Below are positions 1 through 9,611 of a DNA stretch of 64,000 bases, piece by piece (position 1 is the first letter of the stretch; the number at the start of each line of letters is the position of its first letter). Made by a program: the position numbers and the translations under genes. This DNA comes from Candidatus Kapaibacterium sp. (lineage in GTDB: Bacteria > Bacteroidota > Ignavibacteria > Kapaibacteriales > UBA2268), in assembly GCA_963665665.1 (NCBI GenBank), contig OY762428.1, positions 96,001 to 160,000 of the forward strand, in the 5' to 3' direction. The notes beneath the pieces were generated by a model. It ran no database searches, was not told the origin of the DNA, and worked only from the letters and a program-made list of their open reading frames with translations.

Positions 1-534
1 AACCAGGTCATCATTGCTGTTAACAGCAATGATGAGTATTCCCAAGCCTAAATTCTGCGTCCAGGTAAAATTACCATCTTTATCAATTTTCATAATTCTG
101 TTCTTACCCTCTAACCTGGCATAGATATTTCCCTCGCTGTCAGAAACGAGATAATTAAAAATTCGTTCGTTATCATAAGAAAAATTCCATATCAATTCTC
201 CGTCAGAAGAATATTTTTCAATATGTTCTGATGAACTTACGATAATATTATCATAAGGATCAATTGTTAATGCTATCAAACCTCTGTCCTCAAAATTTAT
301 TTCCCATATTAGTTTTGAGTCAGGGTCAAATTTAACTAACCTGTCGTAACTTACACCTGGCCCGTCAGCAATAAAATAGACATTATCTTTAGAGTCAAAA
401 TCAATATCAGATACAACAATTCCTGAATAATAAGCAGCCCAGTCTAAGTGAATTGGGATACTGTCTCTTGTCTGGGAATTGGTTGAAGATATTGATATTA
501 TAAAAACTAAAATAGATAGTATTAAAGCACGCAT
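1..534 (-). CDS. Secreted beta-propeller-like protein, 5' part only (runs off window)
   Basis: ATG at 534 (minus) reads MRALILSILVFIISISSTNSQ... (signal peptide), then repeats such as D-SEGNIY, K-D-DG--W; frame stays open to position 1. Confidence 0.7.
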   Translation of the reverse strand, partial: MRALILSILVFIISISSTNSQTRDSIPIHLDWAAYYSGIVVSDIDFDSKDNVYFIADGPGVSYDRLVKFDPDSKLIWEINFEDRGLIALTIDPYDNIIVSSSEHIEKYSSDGELIWNFSYDNERIFNYLVSDSEGNIYARLEGKNRIMKIDKDGNFTWTQNLGLGILIIAVNSNDDLV

Positions 535-564
535 AAAAACTCCGGGATAGTATGATTCTAAACT

Positions 565-670
565 TGGATTAATAGGATGTATAGGATTAATAGGATTAAT
601 AGGATGAACAGGATGAATTGGATTAATAGGATGTATAGGATGGACAGGATGAATAGGATTATTGGGATAA
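565..670. repeat. 9-bp tandem repeat (GGATTAATA / GGATGAACA variants), about 11-12 units
   Basis: Read directly from the sequence. Confidence 0.9.
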
Positions 671-814
671 TCAATCTTATTTTTTGTTGGATATGGCATA
701 TTTTCATCCTCTCCTTTTTTATTCTTGTGATTTAGCTAATATAACAAATTATCCGGTATAAAGTTGCAGGGGTTTTGAATTATTATTTTCGGCCCTGTCT
801 CAAACCCCTCAGAG

Positions 815-1190
815 CTGTCACTCTGAGCGCAGCGAAGAATCCATTCTTTATGATTTTCTGCTATTTTATATGGATTCTTCTGTCGCTTCGCTCCGTCAGA
901 ATGACAACATCACCTGTCCCCCGCTGGCGCCGACGAGTCGGGAAAGGGCGGGGGTGGATTTCCGGAAAAATTCCCCTCGTGGAGGGGTGGCGAGCGCAGC
1001 GAGTCGGGGTGGTTTCTTTTTCTTAGCCTCCCTTATCCACGCGCTAAAGCACGTGGCTATTGAATTTGACGATTATAAGGCTGGAATTTCATCCTGTACG
1101 CCAGCGAAGAATCCATTCTTAATGCATTATCTAACTAAAGAAGATGGTTTCTTCGGTCGCTTCGCTCCGTCAGAATGACAACATAATCGC
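815..1190. repeat. Composite REP-like palindromic repeat mosaic
   Basis: GTCACTCTGAGCGCAGCGAAGAATCC...GGATTCTT...CAGAATGAC pair, CCCCTC-GAGGGG hairpins, TTATCCACGCGCTAAAGCACGTGGCTATTG module; near-identical modules at 59690-60430. Confidence 0.85.
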
Positions 1191-1220
1191 CTCATTCTTT
1201 TGCTCAGTTTACCCGTTCTT

Positions 1221-2310
1221 CCACCCAAATGAACAGGCCGCCGGCCTTAATTCCCCAACCTGTGGTTTCAATGAACCGGATAATTTCCTTATTTCAATGC
1301 TGTTTTGAACCAGAATCCTGATGTTTGGGCTAAACGCTTTGTTGGCAGGGCTTTAAACTGCCTTTGCCGGTGGTATTGAACTACTGTTTGGCCTTAATGT
1401 AGTGAAATTTGGCCTTATTGAGGACTTGTTTAGCCTTATTGAGGACTTGGTTGATCTTACTGAACACTTGGTTGACCTTATTGAACACTTGGTTGATCTT
1501 ACTGAGGACTTGTTTGACCTTATTGAGGACTTGTTTGACCTTACTGAGGACTTGTTTGACCTTACTGAGGACTTGTTTGACTTTACTGAGGTCTTGTTTG
1601 GCCTTACTGAGGACTTGTTTAGCCTTACTGAGGACTTGTTTAGCCTTATTGAGGTCTTGTTTGGCCTTACTGAGGACTTGTTTGACCTTACTGAGGACTT
1701 GTTTGACCTTACTGAGGACTTGTTTGACTTTACTGAGGTCTTGTTTGGCCTTACTGAGGACTTGTTTAGCCTTACTGAGGACTTGTTTAGCCTTATTGAG
1801 GTCTTGTTTGGCCTTACTGAGGACTTGTTTGACCTTATTGAGGTTACTCATTATCTTCAAACAAGGCATCATTATCTTCAAACAAGGCAGCAATGACTCC
1901 GACCAAGGCGTCAATGCCTTCAAACAAGGCATCAATGACTCCGACCAAGGCAGCAATAAAGCAAAACATTGCTGCAATAGCTTCAACCAAGAGTTCATTA
2001 TCTTCAACCAAGACGTCAATAACTTCGAACAAGGCATCAATGACTTCGACCAAGGCATCAATTAAGCAAAACATTGCTGCAATAGTGTCGACCAAGGCGT
2101 CAATAACTCCGACCAAGGCATCAATGACTTCGACCAAGGCGTCAATAACTTCGACCAAGGCATCAATGACTTCGACCAAGGCGTCAATAACTTCAACCAA
2201 GGCATCAATAAAGCAAAACATTGCTGCAATAGTGTCGAACAAGAGTTCATTATCACTGAACATCGGTGCATTGCCTCTGACCCCTCCCAAACCCTCCCCG
2301 AAGGGAGTAT
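1221..2310. repeat. Bipartite 21-bp tandem-array element, copy A
   Basis: ~190-bp head shared with 60462-60650, then ~20 units of CTTACTGAGGACTTGTTTGAC type (1414-1843), then ~20 units of TCAATGACTTCGACCAAGGCA type (1848-2275), ending in CCCTCCCAAACCCTCCCCGAAGGGAG. Confidence 0.9.
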
Positions 2311-2517
2311 GTCTGGATAATTTAAATAATAGTGTATAATAGCTTAATATACTGGTATTATAAGGTATTATGTAATAATTTGTTTGTTTCAAAATCATGT
2401 TTTGGTTGTTAATAGTTGTTATAGTATACATCATTATGTTTAGATATATGTTTATATTAATTTGGATATATGGTTGGAATAATATATTTTTATCCAAACA
2501 GTTGTAATTTATTATCA

Positions 2518-3774
2518 ATGGAAAATATGAAAATTGCAGTAAAATTCAATCCTCAATATCCGAAAGCGGAGAAATCAAATATATTAGTTTCCGTTACCTG
2601 GGAGGGCAACAGGATACAGAAATCGATAGGGATTTCAGTAAAGAATAAGAATTGGGATAAAACAAGGGGTAAGGTTAAGTCCGGCGACAACAACGCGCTT
2701 GAATATAATATGTTCCTTGAGGGACTGAGCAGGGAAATTTCCAATTATTACTACAGATTGAAAAATGATAACATGATTGTCAGCCGGGAGATCATCAGGA
2801 ACAAAATTAAATCACTGCTGTCGCCGGAGATAACTGTTGATACTGAATTTAGTCTGAGCCTTGTCGAGACATTTAATTCATTCAAATTGGAAAGAGAGAA
2901 ATCCGGGAAATATTCGCAAAAAACTATTGAACATTATTCAAATTGCCAGAATTATCTGAGGAAATTTTCAGCTTATTTGGGACATACTTTATATTTCAGT
3001 ATGATCGATAAAAAATTTACTGATAAATTTATGGAATTTTTACTGAAGAAGCCGATGATGAGCAGCAGCGCAATTAAGATTCTTGTTGTTCTCAAGGTAT
3101 TTCTGAACGATTGTTATTCAAAAAAGATTGTTAAAAATATTGATTTCAGAGATTATATAAATCAAACAATCAAAGAAAACGGCGGGATAAAAGAAGCTCA
3201 AACCATCGTTATTGATGAAGAGGAATTACAAAAATTAGAGTATTTCAAATCTGAGGACAAGATCCTGATGGAAGTTAAACATCTCTTCCTGCTTCAGATC
3301 TATACAGGGCTTAGAGTATCAGACCTGATGCGCTTGAAGCCAGAAAACTTTAATCTGAAAGAAAAACTGATCTCAATAATGACAAAGAAAACAGCTGATT
3401 TTGTCACAATTCCATTGCACAGGAAAACAGAGTCAATATTGAGTAATTATCCAAATCTGCAATTGCCGAAAGTCAAACTAAAATGGTATAATGAAAAGAT
3501 ACGAGAAGTTTGCAAAATAGCAAAGATTGACAAACCGATTATTATAACAAAGTTTTACGGCAAGCGCCGAAAAGAAGAAACACATCCGAAATACGAGCTA
3601 ATCTCATCCCACACTGCCCGTAGGACATTTATCACTCTATCTCTGAAAAAAGGGCTGCTGCCGGAATACATCATGAAAATCACCGGCCATAGGAGCAGAG
3701 CGTCCTTTCAGAAATATGTACGAATAGTCCAGGAAGAGGCGATAAATGAAGTCCGCCGTGCCTGGGATGATTGA
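2518..3774 (+). CDS. Tyrosine recombinase/site-specific integrase (arm-binding + SAM-like + catalytic domains)
   Basis: YTGLRVSD, HTARRTF, TGH...YV catalytic motifs; N-terminal KSIGISV..KNWD arm domain; ORF track starts at 2470. Confidence 0.92.
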   Translation: MENMKIAVKFNPQYPKAEKSNILVSVTWEGNRIQKSIGISVKNKNWDKTRGKVKSGDNNALEYNMFLEGLSREISNYYYRLKNDNMIVSREIIRNKIKSLLSPEITVDTEFSLSLVETFNSFKLEREKSGKYSQKTIEHYSNCQNYLRKFSAYLGHTLYFSMIDKKFTDKFMEFLLKKPMMSSSAIKILVVLKVFLNDCYSKKIVKNIDFRDYINQTIKENGGIKEAQTIVIDEEELQKLEYFKSEDKILMEVKHLFLLQIYTGLRVSDLMRLKPENFNLKEKLISIMTKKTADFVTIPLHRKTESILSNYPNLQLPKVKLKWYNEKIREVCKIAKIDKPIIITKFYGKRRKEETHPKYELISSHTARRTFITLSLKKGLLPEYIMKITGHRSRASFQKYVRIVQEEAINEVRRAWDD

Positions 3775-3909
3775 AATATTTTGAAAGGGTAAATCATGAA
3801 AAAAGAAAAGAGAAAATAATTGGTCGGTTACCGAGGATAATCCGCCGATTCCGGGATACTATTCTGGGGCATTACTGGAAGAAATATCATTATATTTTTA
3901 TAATAGTAT

Positions 3910-3950
3910 AAAAAATCCGGGCGATGGTATTTACATTAGCCCGGATATTG
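3910..3950 (-). terminator. Probable intrinsic terminator between convergent genes
   Basis: ATCCGGGCGATG...CATTAGCCCGGAT hairpin preceded by an A-run. Confidence 0.55.
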
Positions 3951-3958
3951 ATATCAAT

Positions 3959-5080
3959 TTATTTTTTAATTACCAATGGCTTAACTTCGGTCTTTATCTT
4001 TTGAGTTGCAGAAATAATTGAGGAACGGACATAGTATAATCCGTTTGGAAAATCACTACTCTGTATTTTAATTTCTTCTCCGGGATTAATTTTTGAAGAA
4101 AATATCACCGAACCAAGCTGATTAACTATTTCAATTTTCCAAAAATCTGATAAAGATAAAATTGTCATGTTGGCTTTAATAAAAACATTCTCTTCGGCCG
4201 GATTGGGATAAAGAATAATTTCGGAATTGGAAATATTATCTCTAATTCCAGTATCCATTCCTGTAGAAAATTCAAATAATGCCGGCCAGTCGCTCTCCAT
4301 AATAGAATTTATTGCCTTCACACGCCAAAAGTATTGCTGCTCTTCTGCCATTCCGGAAAATGTAAAGATTGTACCGGAAAAATTTTCTTCAACAATTACA
4401 TTATTGAAATACGGATCTGTAGCAATTTGAATTTTGTAACTTTGTGCTTCAGGAACTTGTGTCCATTCAATAGCTGTTCCAGGCTCGATTTCAAAACTCA
4501 TATCAGCAGGAGCGATTAGTACAGGCGGAGTTAAGAACAAGGAATTAACAGCCATGCCGTAGGTATCCGAATAATTCCAGCAGGATGATGTTTCGCATAC
4601 TGCTTGCAATCTTTTTAATTCAGTATAAATAACTGTTTCCACTGCGTCAATTTTGATATTATCTTTCAAATCCTTGTTGATAATATCGAAATTAATAGTG
4701 CCAATAACAATCTTTTTATTAATATTCAGTTTGTTATCGGCAAGGAATATGTTAATTGCCGTCTTACCTGTTGAATATTTTGTCTGATTTACATAAACTC
4801 CGGCATCTGCTAACTCAGAGGAAATATTTGTTAATGATTTGAAGTTGAAGCTTTCTGGAGAAATTGCATCAACGTTGTACTGCAAAACTATTGTTGCCGC
4901 CGAAATATCCCAGTTGTTTTCATGATCGGTAATTTGCATTAACAAATCCGCTTTGAAAACATTATCTTCAACTCTCCTGTTCACAACCGATAGATATATC
5001 AGTTCGGATGAAAGAAGAGGCAGAGAATATAGGAAAACAATCAGAATTGTTAACAATTTAATAATATTTTTATTTTTCAT
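3959..5080 (-). CDS. Secreted protein, cohesin-like + FN3-like domain + T9SS C-terminal sorting domain
   Basis: Signal peptide; W--VP-A-SY-IQIA-D--F and YFWRVKA (FN3); LYPNPA...GLYYV CTD. Confidence 0.75.
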   Translation of the reverse strand: MKNKNIIKLLTILIVFLYSLPLLSSELIYLSVVNRRVEDNVFKADLLMQITDHENNWDISAATIVLQYNVDAISPESFNFKSLTNISSELADAGVYVNQTKYSTGKTAINIFLADNKLNINKKIVIGTINFDIINKDLKDNIKIDAVETVIYTELKRLQAVCETSSCWNYSDTYGMAVNSLFLTPPVLIAPADMSFEIEPGTAIEWTQVPEAQSYKIQIATDPYFNNVIVEENFSGTIFTFSGMAEEQQYFWRVKAINSIMESDWPALFEFSTGMDTGIRDNISNSEIILYPNPAEENVFIKANMTILSLSDFWKIEIVNQLGSVIFSSKINPGEEIKIQSSDFPNGLYYVRSSIISATQKIKTEVKPLVIKK

Positions 5081-5104
5081 TTTATTTCTTAATTATTTAA
5101 ACAT

Positions 5105-7636
5105 TTACGGTTCAGGTACAATTTCATTTAATGCTTTGCCGTTATTTCTGATAAAGATAATTCCATCGTCTGCATTGGTTTTCATATCCCAGTTGTAATC
5201 AGCAGCCCGCATAAACATTAATCCGTCCTGAATATGAACAGCATTTTCGCCACCGGCAGCCTTTGCAGGTGAATCCGTGAAATCGTAGGGTATAAGCCCG
5301 CGAGTCAGATGAATTCTGTCTGATGAAGCAAGTGCTAAATAACCGGCTGCTCTGACAACCAGCCAGTAATCGCCGTCTGGGATGTCGGTAAAATCAAAAA
5401 TCCTGATGCCGTCAGTTCCGCAGGTCGCAGTTTTCACAGAAGTAAGCGTGGAATTAATCAGTTCGTCCCCGCTACGGAGTTCGAGTGATATTGGAGCCGG
5501 AGCATGAGAATTATTTTTCCATAAGCCATCAAGGAGGACTTTCAGCTCGATAAGTTTTTCATCTCCGAGGTAAACGTCAGGCAGTTGTACTTTCATCAGA
5601 AATGCGTCGCCATTGCCTCCGCCATATTCAGTATCATTAGCACCATCGGTTGCTAGTTCTTTATTTTCAGTTTCTCCTGATACATAAACATTGTTATTGT
5701 TAATAACTGCGATTCTCTTTCCTTCGTCCCTCCAGTATCCGCCGTAATAAGAACCATAAAGAACATCGGTAGCGTCTGGATTAAGGCGTGCTATAAATAC
5801 ATCTTTTTTTGAACCTCTTTCTTGTTGAATTGCCTCTGCAGTTACCGGGAAGTCGTCGCCGTCTGCATATCCGGTAAGAAATATTGAACCATTCTCTCCA
5901 ATTTTCATATCAGTAGCTTCTCCCTCGGCAATAAAAGTTGAAAATATCAGGTCTGTGCCATCATTATTCATTTTTAGAACAAAGCTGGAATGCCCTGAAA
6001 ATTCTCTCTTAAAAGCACCTTCTGTTGTCGGGAAATCATCGGAATCAGTCCATCCTGCAGCATAAAGGCAACCTTCTTCGTCAATATGAATGGAGTATAT
6101 TGTTTCATTAGATCTTGTATCTTCATATCCGCCAATGAATGTTGAATATAACAACTGACTCAAATCCGGGTTTAATTTGCTGATGAAACAATCACCATAA
6201 GTACCGTCGTCCATAGTTTTCTTGAAAGCGTTTGCTGTTACCGGGTAATTGGATGACTCGGTGTCACCGGCAATATATATATTGCCGCTATTGTCAACTG
6301 TAATTGCTTCCGGGTGGTCTCTGTAAAAAGCATCTCCGCCTATCAATGTGGAATTGATTATTGCATTTCCTGCGGAATTCATTATAAGAATGAAAGCATC
6401 ACCATTTCCATTTATTTCTTTTTGAAAGGCATTGGCAGAAAGAGGGAAATCTTTCGAATTTGTTGAACCGGTTAAATAGATTTTGTCATTTTCATCAACG
6501 AAGATATCGAAACATCTGTCATAACCATTTGCTGCTATATAGGTTGAAAATAATAGAGACGATGCGTCATTAGTGAATTTTGTAAGGATAATATCATCAA
6601 CAGGTTCAGCTTCTGACTGATACGCACCATTAGTTATCGGATAATTGTCACTTTCAGTATGGCCTGAAATATAGATATTATCATCACTATCTATAGCTAT
6701 TCCTCTTGGATCCTCAGATTTATTACCTCCTATATAAGTGGAGAAAATTAACGATGCTCCGTCGGAAGCAAATTTTGTGATGCAGGCAGCCTTGCCGGTT
6801 TCTTCTGTCTGGTAAGGCCCGACTGTTACTGGATAATTTTCATAATTTGCCTGACAAAGAAGGACTGCTCGGTTATCGCTGTCGGTTGCCATATCAAACA
6901 GGTCATCATTTTTTTCAGTACCAAGGTATGTAAAGAAAATTAGCGGGTCAATTATCAACTGCCTTGATTTGTCGTAATCGGCGTTGAAACTAATTTCATT
7001 TGTCTCGTTAATAGAAATATCACATTTTACTTCTTCTATTTCACCGTTGATTTTCTGATAAGCAAATATATCTGAATGTTTGATTTCACCTATTGATGTT
7101 TTCAGAACAATTTGACCGTTTTCATCAATGTATTGTTCGTCTGCTCCGGTAAATTTAATATTTAATTCAGACAGATTGGCACCGGGGTTAACAATATAGT
7201 CATATCTCAGAGAATTATCCTGGAAATAATACCTGACATCAACGCCTTCGATAAAATCTTTCCTGACAATTTCTTTATATGCGGCAGCGTTTGAAACCCA
7301 TTTATCGGGGTTGTTACCGATAAAGAAATTGTAGCGGGAATTTGATTTCAATCTTTCATTGAAGTTGTTTGGAGTTGATTGGCCAAGAGCTTCCTGTTTG
7401 ATTACATTGCCCGAGATTTTACTATTTTCACCTTCGGATTTAATTTTGAAGTGATCATAAACAACTGCATTTTCCGTTAGCCAGGCACGTACACCTCCGG
7501 TCATGGCAAGGAATTTTACATTATCCGGCCATTGGCCTTTGTTTTCAATAAAAACAGCATTGTCAGCTGTTAATTGTATTCGGAACAAAAACAAAAACGA
7601 GAATATAACTAAAATTAACAGAGTGTAGCTTTTCAT
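5105..7636 (-). CDS. SBBP beta-propeller repeat secreted protein
   Basis: FIENKGQW N-terminus, IDPL linker, repeated STYIGG / G-T-S-DFP-T--A. Confidence 0.85.
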   Translation of the reverse strand: MKSYTLLILVIFSFLFLFRIQLTADNAVFIENKGQWPDNVKFLAMTGGVRAWLTENAVVYDHFKIKSEGENSKISGNVIKQEALGQSTPNNFNERLKSNSRYNFFIGNNPDKWVSNAAAYKEIVRKDFIEGVDVRYYFQDNSLRYDYIVNPGANLSELNIKFTGADEQYIDENGQIVLKTSIGEIKHSDIFAYQKINGEIEEVKCDISINETNEISFNADYDKSRQLIIDPLIFFTYLGTEKNDDLFDMATDSDNRAVLLCQANYENYPVTVGPYQTEETGKAACITKFASDGASLIFSTYIGGNKSEDPRGIAIDSDDNIYISGHTESDNYPITNGAYQSEAEPVDDIILTKFTNDASSLLFSTYIAANGYDRCFDIFVDENDKIYLTGSTNSKDFPLSANAFQKEINGNGDAFILIMNSAGNAIINSTLIGGDAFYRDHPEAITVDNSGNIYIAGDTESSNYPVTANAFKKTMDDGTYGDCFISKLNPDLSQLLYSTFIGGYEDTRSNETIYSIHIDEEGCLYAAGWTDSDDFPTTEGAFKREFSGHSSFVLKMNNDGTDLIFSTFIAEGEATDMKIGENGSIFLTGYADGDDFPVTAEAIQQERGSKKDVFIARLNPDATDVLYGSYYGGYWRDEGKRIAVINNNNVYVSGETENKELATDGANDTEYGGGNGDAFLMKVQLPDVYLGDEKLIELKVLLDGLWKNNSHAPAPISLELRSGDELINSTLTSVKTATCGTDGIRIFDFTDIPDGDYWLVVRAAGYLALASSDRIHLTRGLIPYDFTDSPAKAAGGENAVHIQDGLMFMRAADYNWDMKTNADDGIIFIRNNGKALNEIVPEP

Positions 7637-7870
7637 AGAATTAACCTTATTAATGAATATTATATTTACTATATGAATTTATTAATAAATCCAAATAGCA
7701 AAATATTGTTTAACTCAATATAATATAAATGAATATAATAAACAAGGAAACTATAATGGCTTAATAGTTTCCAAAAAAAAATATTATTTTTTTTCATCAT
7801 TTTTTTTTTTTTAAATATTTCAATATATTTGCTAATAAATAGTTATTGATAATTTACCCTTAGGATAATC

Positions 7871-9556
7871 ATGGGGAGTTTTCTCATAAAAAATATTTCA
7901 ATCTCAATATTATTATTATTGATATCAGCTGCTTTATTCTCATGTTCATCAATAACAAATGATAAAATTCAAAATACACTTCCGCAACCACCTTCTACTT
8001 CTGTTTCTGAAAATGTGGAAAAATTCAAACCCTGTATTTTGGAGTATCCCGGCAAGCCTGCCGGAAGCCCGGAGAGGGAAAATCTCGGGCCTGAAGTAAA
8101 TTCTAAGTGGGCAGAGTTGGTTCCGGTTATATCCGCTGATGGCAAAACTCTATATTTTGTTCGCGACGGCCATCCGTTGAACAAAGAGGGGGCAAGATAT
8201 TCCAAATCATCTCAGGATATATGGATATCAGAATTTAAAAACGGAATTTGGCAAAAAGCATACAATCCGGGATACCCATTGAATAATATATACCCCAACG
8301 GAGTCTACCACGTCAGCCCTGACGGGAACAGCTTGCTGCTAATGAATAAATATAATCGCGACGGTACTGCTGAAAATGGTGTTTCTAAATCTGTCAAGTT
8401 TTTCGAAAAGGATTATGACAAGTATTATTGGCTGTATCCAGAAGGGTTGGAAATTGATAATTTTTACAATTATTCTATATATGTTAGTGCAAATATATCT
8501 CAAGACGGAAAATTTTTGATAATGGCTCTGGAGCGAGGTGATAGCAGAGGAGAACTGGATATTTATATATCAAGGCATCTTAGTGGCAAAAAATGGAGCG
8601 AACCGGTAAATCTCGGAGATGTTGTGAATACTCCCGGTACTGAAGATACTCCACACCTCGCGGCTGATGGTAAAACCCTCTATTTCGCGAGCAACGGGCA
8701 TTGCACTTATGGAGAAAGCGACATATTTTTTACTAAAAGGCTTGATGATACCTGGAAGAACTGGAGCAAACCGGAAAACCTTGGCCCCGAAATTAACACT
8801 CCCTTAGTAGAAAGAGGATATTTCCTTGCTGCTAAAGGCGACTACGCTTATTTTAGTGCCGTACAGAAAAAATCTGATGGTAGTTCCGATATGGATATTT
8901 TTCGTGTTAAACTTCCGGAAAAAGTAAAACCCGAGCCTGTTTACCTTATTACCGGAATTGTTACCGACGCTGCTACAAAAAAGCCTATGGACGCGGCAAT
9001 AATATATGATGACCGCGAATCCGGAAAAGAACTCGGGGTTGCAACAACAAACCCTGCTACGGGTGAATACAAGATTGTATTGCCCGGAGGCAGGAAATAT
9101 GGAATCAGAGCCAGTGCGGAAGGATATCTTGCAATTAGTAAAAGCTTATCATCAGAAGGAATTAAGGAATACGAGGAAATAAATCTCGATCTGGCTTTGA
9201 ACCCGATTATTAAAAAGAAACCGGTTGTGCTTGAAAATATATATTTCGATACAGGAAAATTTATTCTCAGGCAGGAATCATATTATGAATTGAATAAACT
9301 GTTTGATTTTTTGCAGGAAAACCCGAAAGTTAAAGCCGAAATATCAGGGCATACCGATAACGTGGGCAGCGATCAGGATAATCTGGAATTATCGTCAAAC
9401 AGGGCTAAAGCCGTGGTAGAATACCTGTATTCGAAAGGAATTAACAGATCAAGGCTTCGCTATGCCGGTTACGGGGAATCGAGGCCGATAGCTGATAATA
9501 ACAGCGACGAGGGAAGGCAAAAGAACCGCAGGGTAGAATTGGAATTTATTGATTAA
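7871..9556 (+). CDS. OmpA-family lipoprotein with PD40/TolB-like repeats (PorE-like architecture)
   Basis: Lipobox LFSC; SADGKTLYF repeats; NIYFD, GHTD, NRRVE OmpA motifs. Confidence 0.88.
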   Translation: MGSFLIKNISISILLLLISAALFSCSSITNDKIQNTLPQPPSTSVSENVEKFKPCILEYPGKPAGSPERENLGPEVNSKWAELVPVISADGKTLYFVRDGHPLNKEGARYSKSSQDIWISEFKNGIWQKAYNPGYPLNNIYPNGVYHVSPDGNSLLLMNKYNRDGTAENGVSKSVKFFEKDYDKYYWLYPEGLEIDNFYNYSIYVSANISQDGKFLIMALERGDSRGELDIYISRHLSGKKWSEPVNLGDVVNTPGTEDTPHLAADGKTLYFASNGHCTYGESDIFFTKRLDDTWKNWSKPENLGPEINTPLVERGYFLAAKGDYAYFSAVQKKSDGSSDMDIFRVKLPEKVKPEPVYLITGIVTDAATKKPMDAAIIYDDRESGKELGVATTNPATGEYKIVLPGGRKYGIRASAEGYLAISKSLSSEGIKEYEEINLDLALNPIIKKKPVVLENIYFDTGKFILRQESYYELNKLFDFLQENPKVKAEISGHTDNVGSDQDNLELSSNRAKAVVEYLYSKGINRSRLRYAGYGESRPIADNNSDEGRQKNRRVELEFID

Positions 9557-9611
9557 ATAAGTGATTAGAATAATTATATTTAATATTTTTCAGAATATTT
9601 TGAGGTTATTT

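Noticed and set aside
775-1178. ORFs over REP mosaics (also 41787-42349, 46009-46290, 59425-60562)
   Set aside because: Translate palindromic repeats; frames are not conserved between copies
1414-1843. Second CRISPR array or mini-array
   Set aside because: Units are contiguous with no unique spacers
1402-2518. Overlapping ORFs in most frames over the 21-bp arrays (also 39801-40484 and 60604-61730)
   Set aside because: Stop-free 21-mers open multiple frames; not listed as CDS, only one candidate pair kept as a finding
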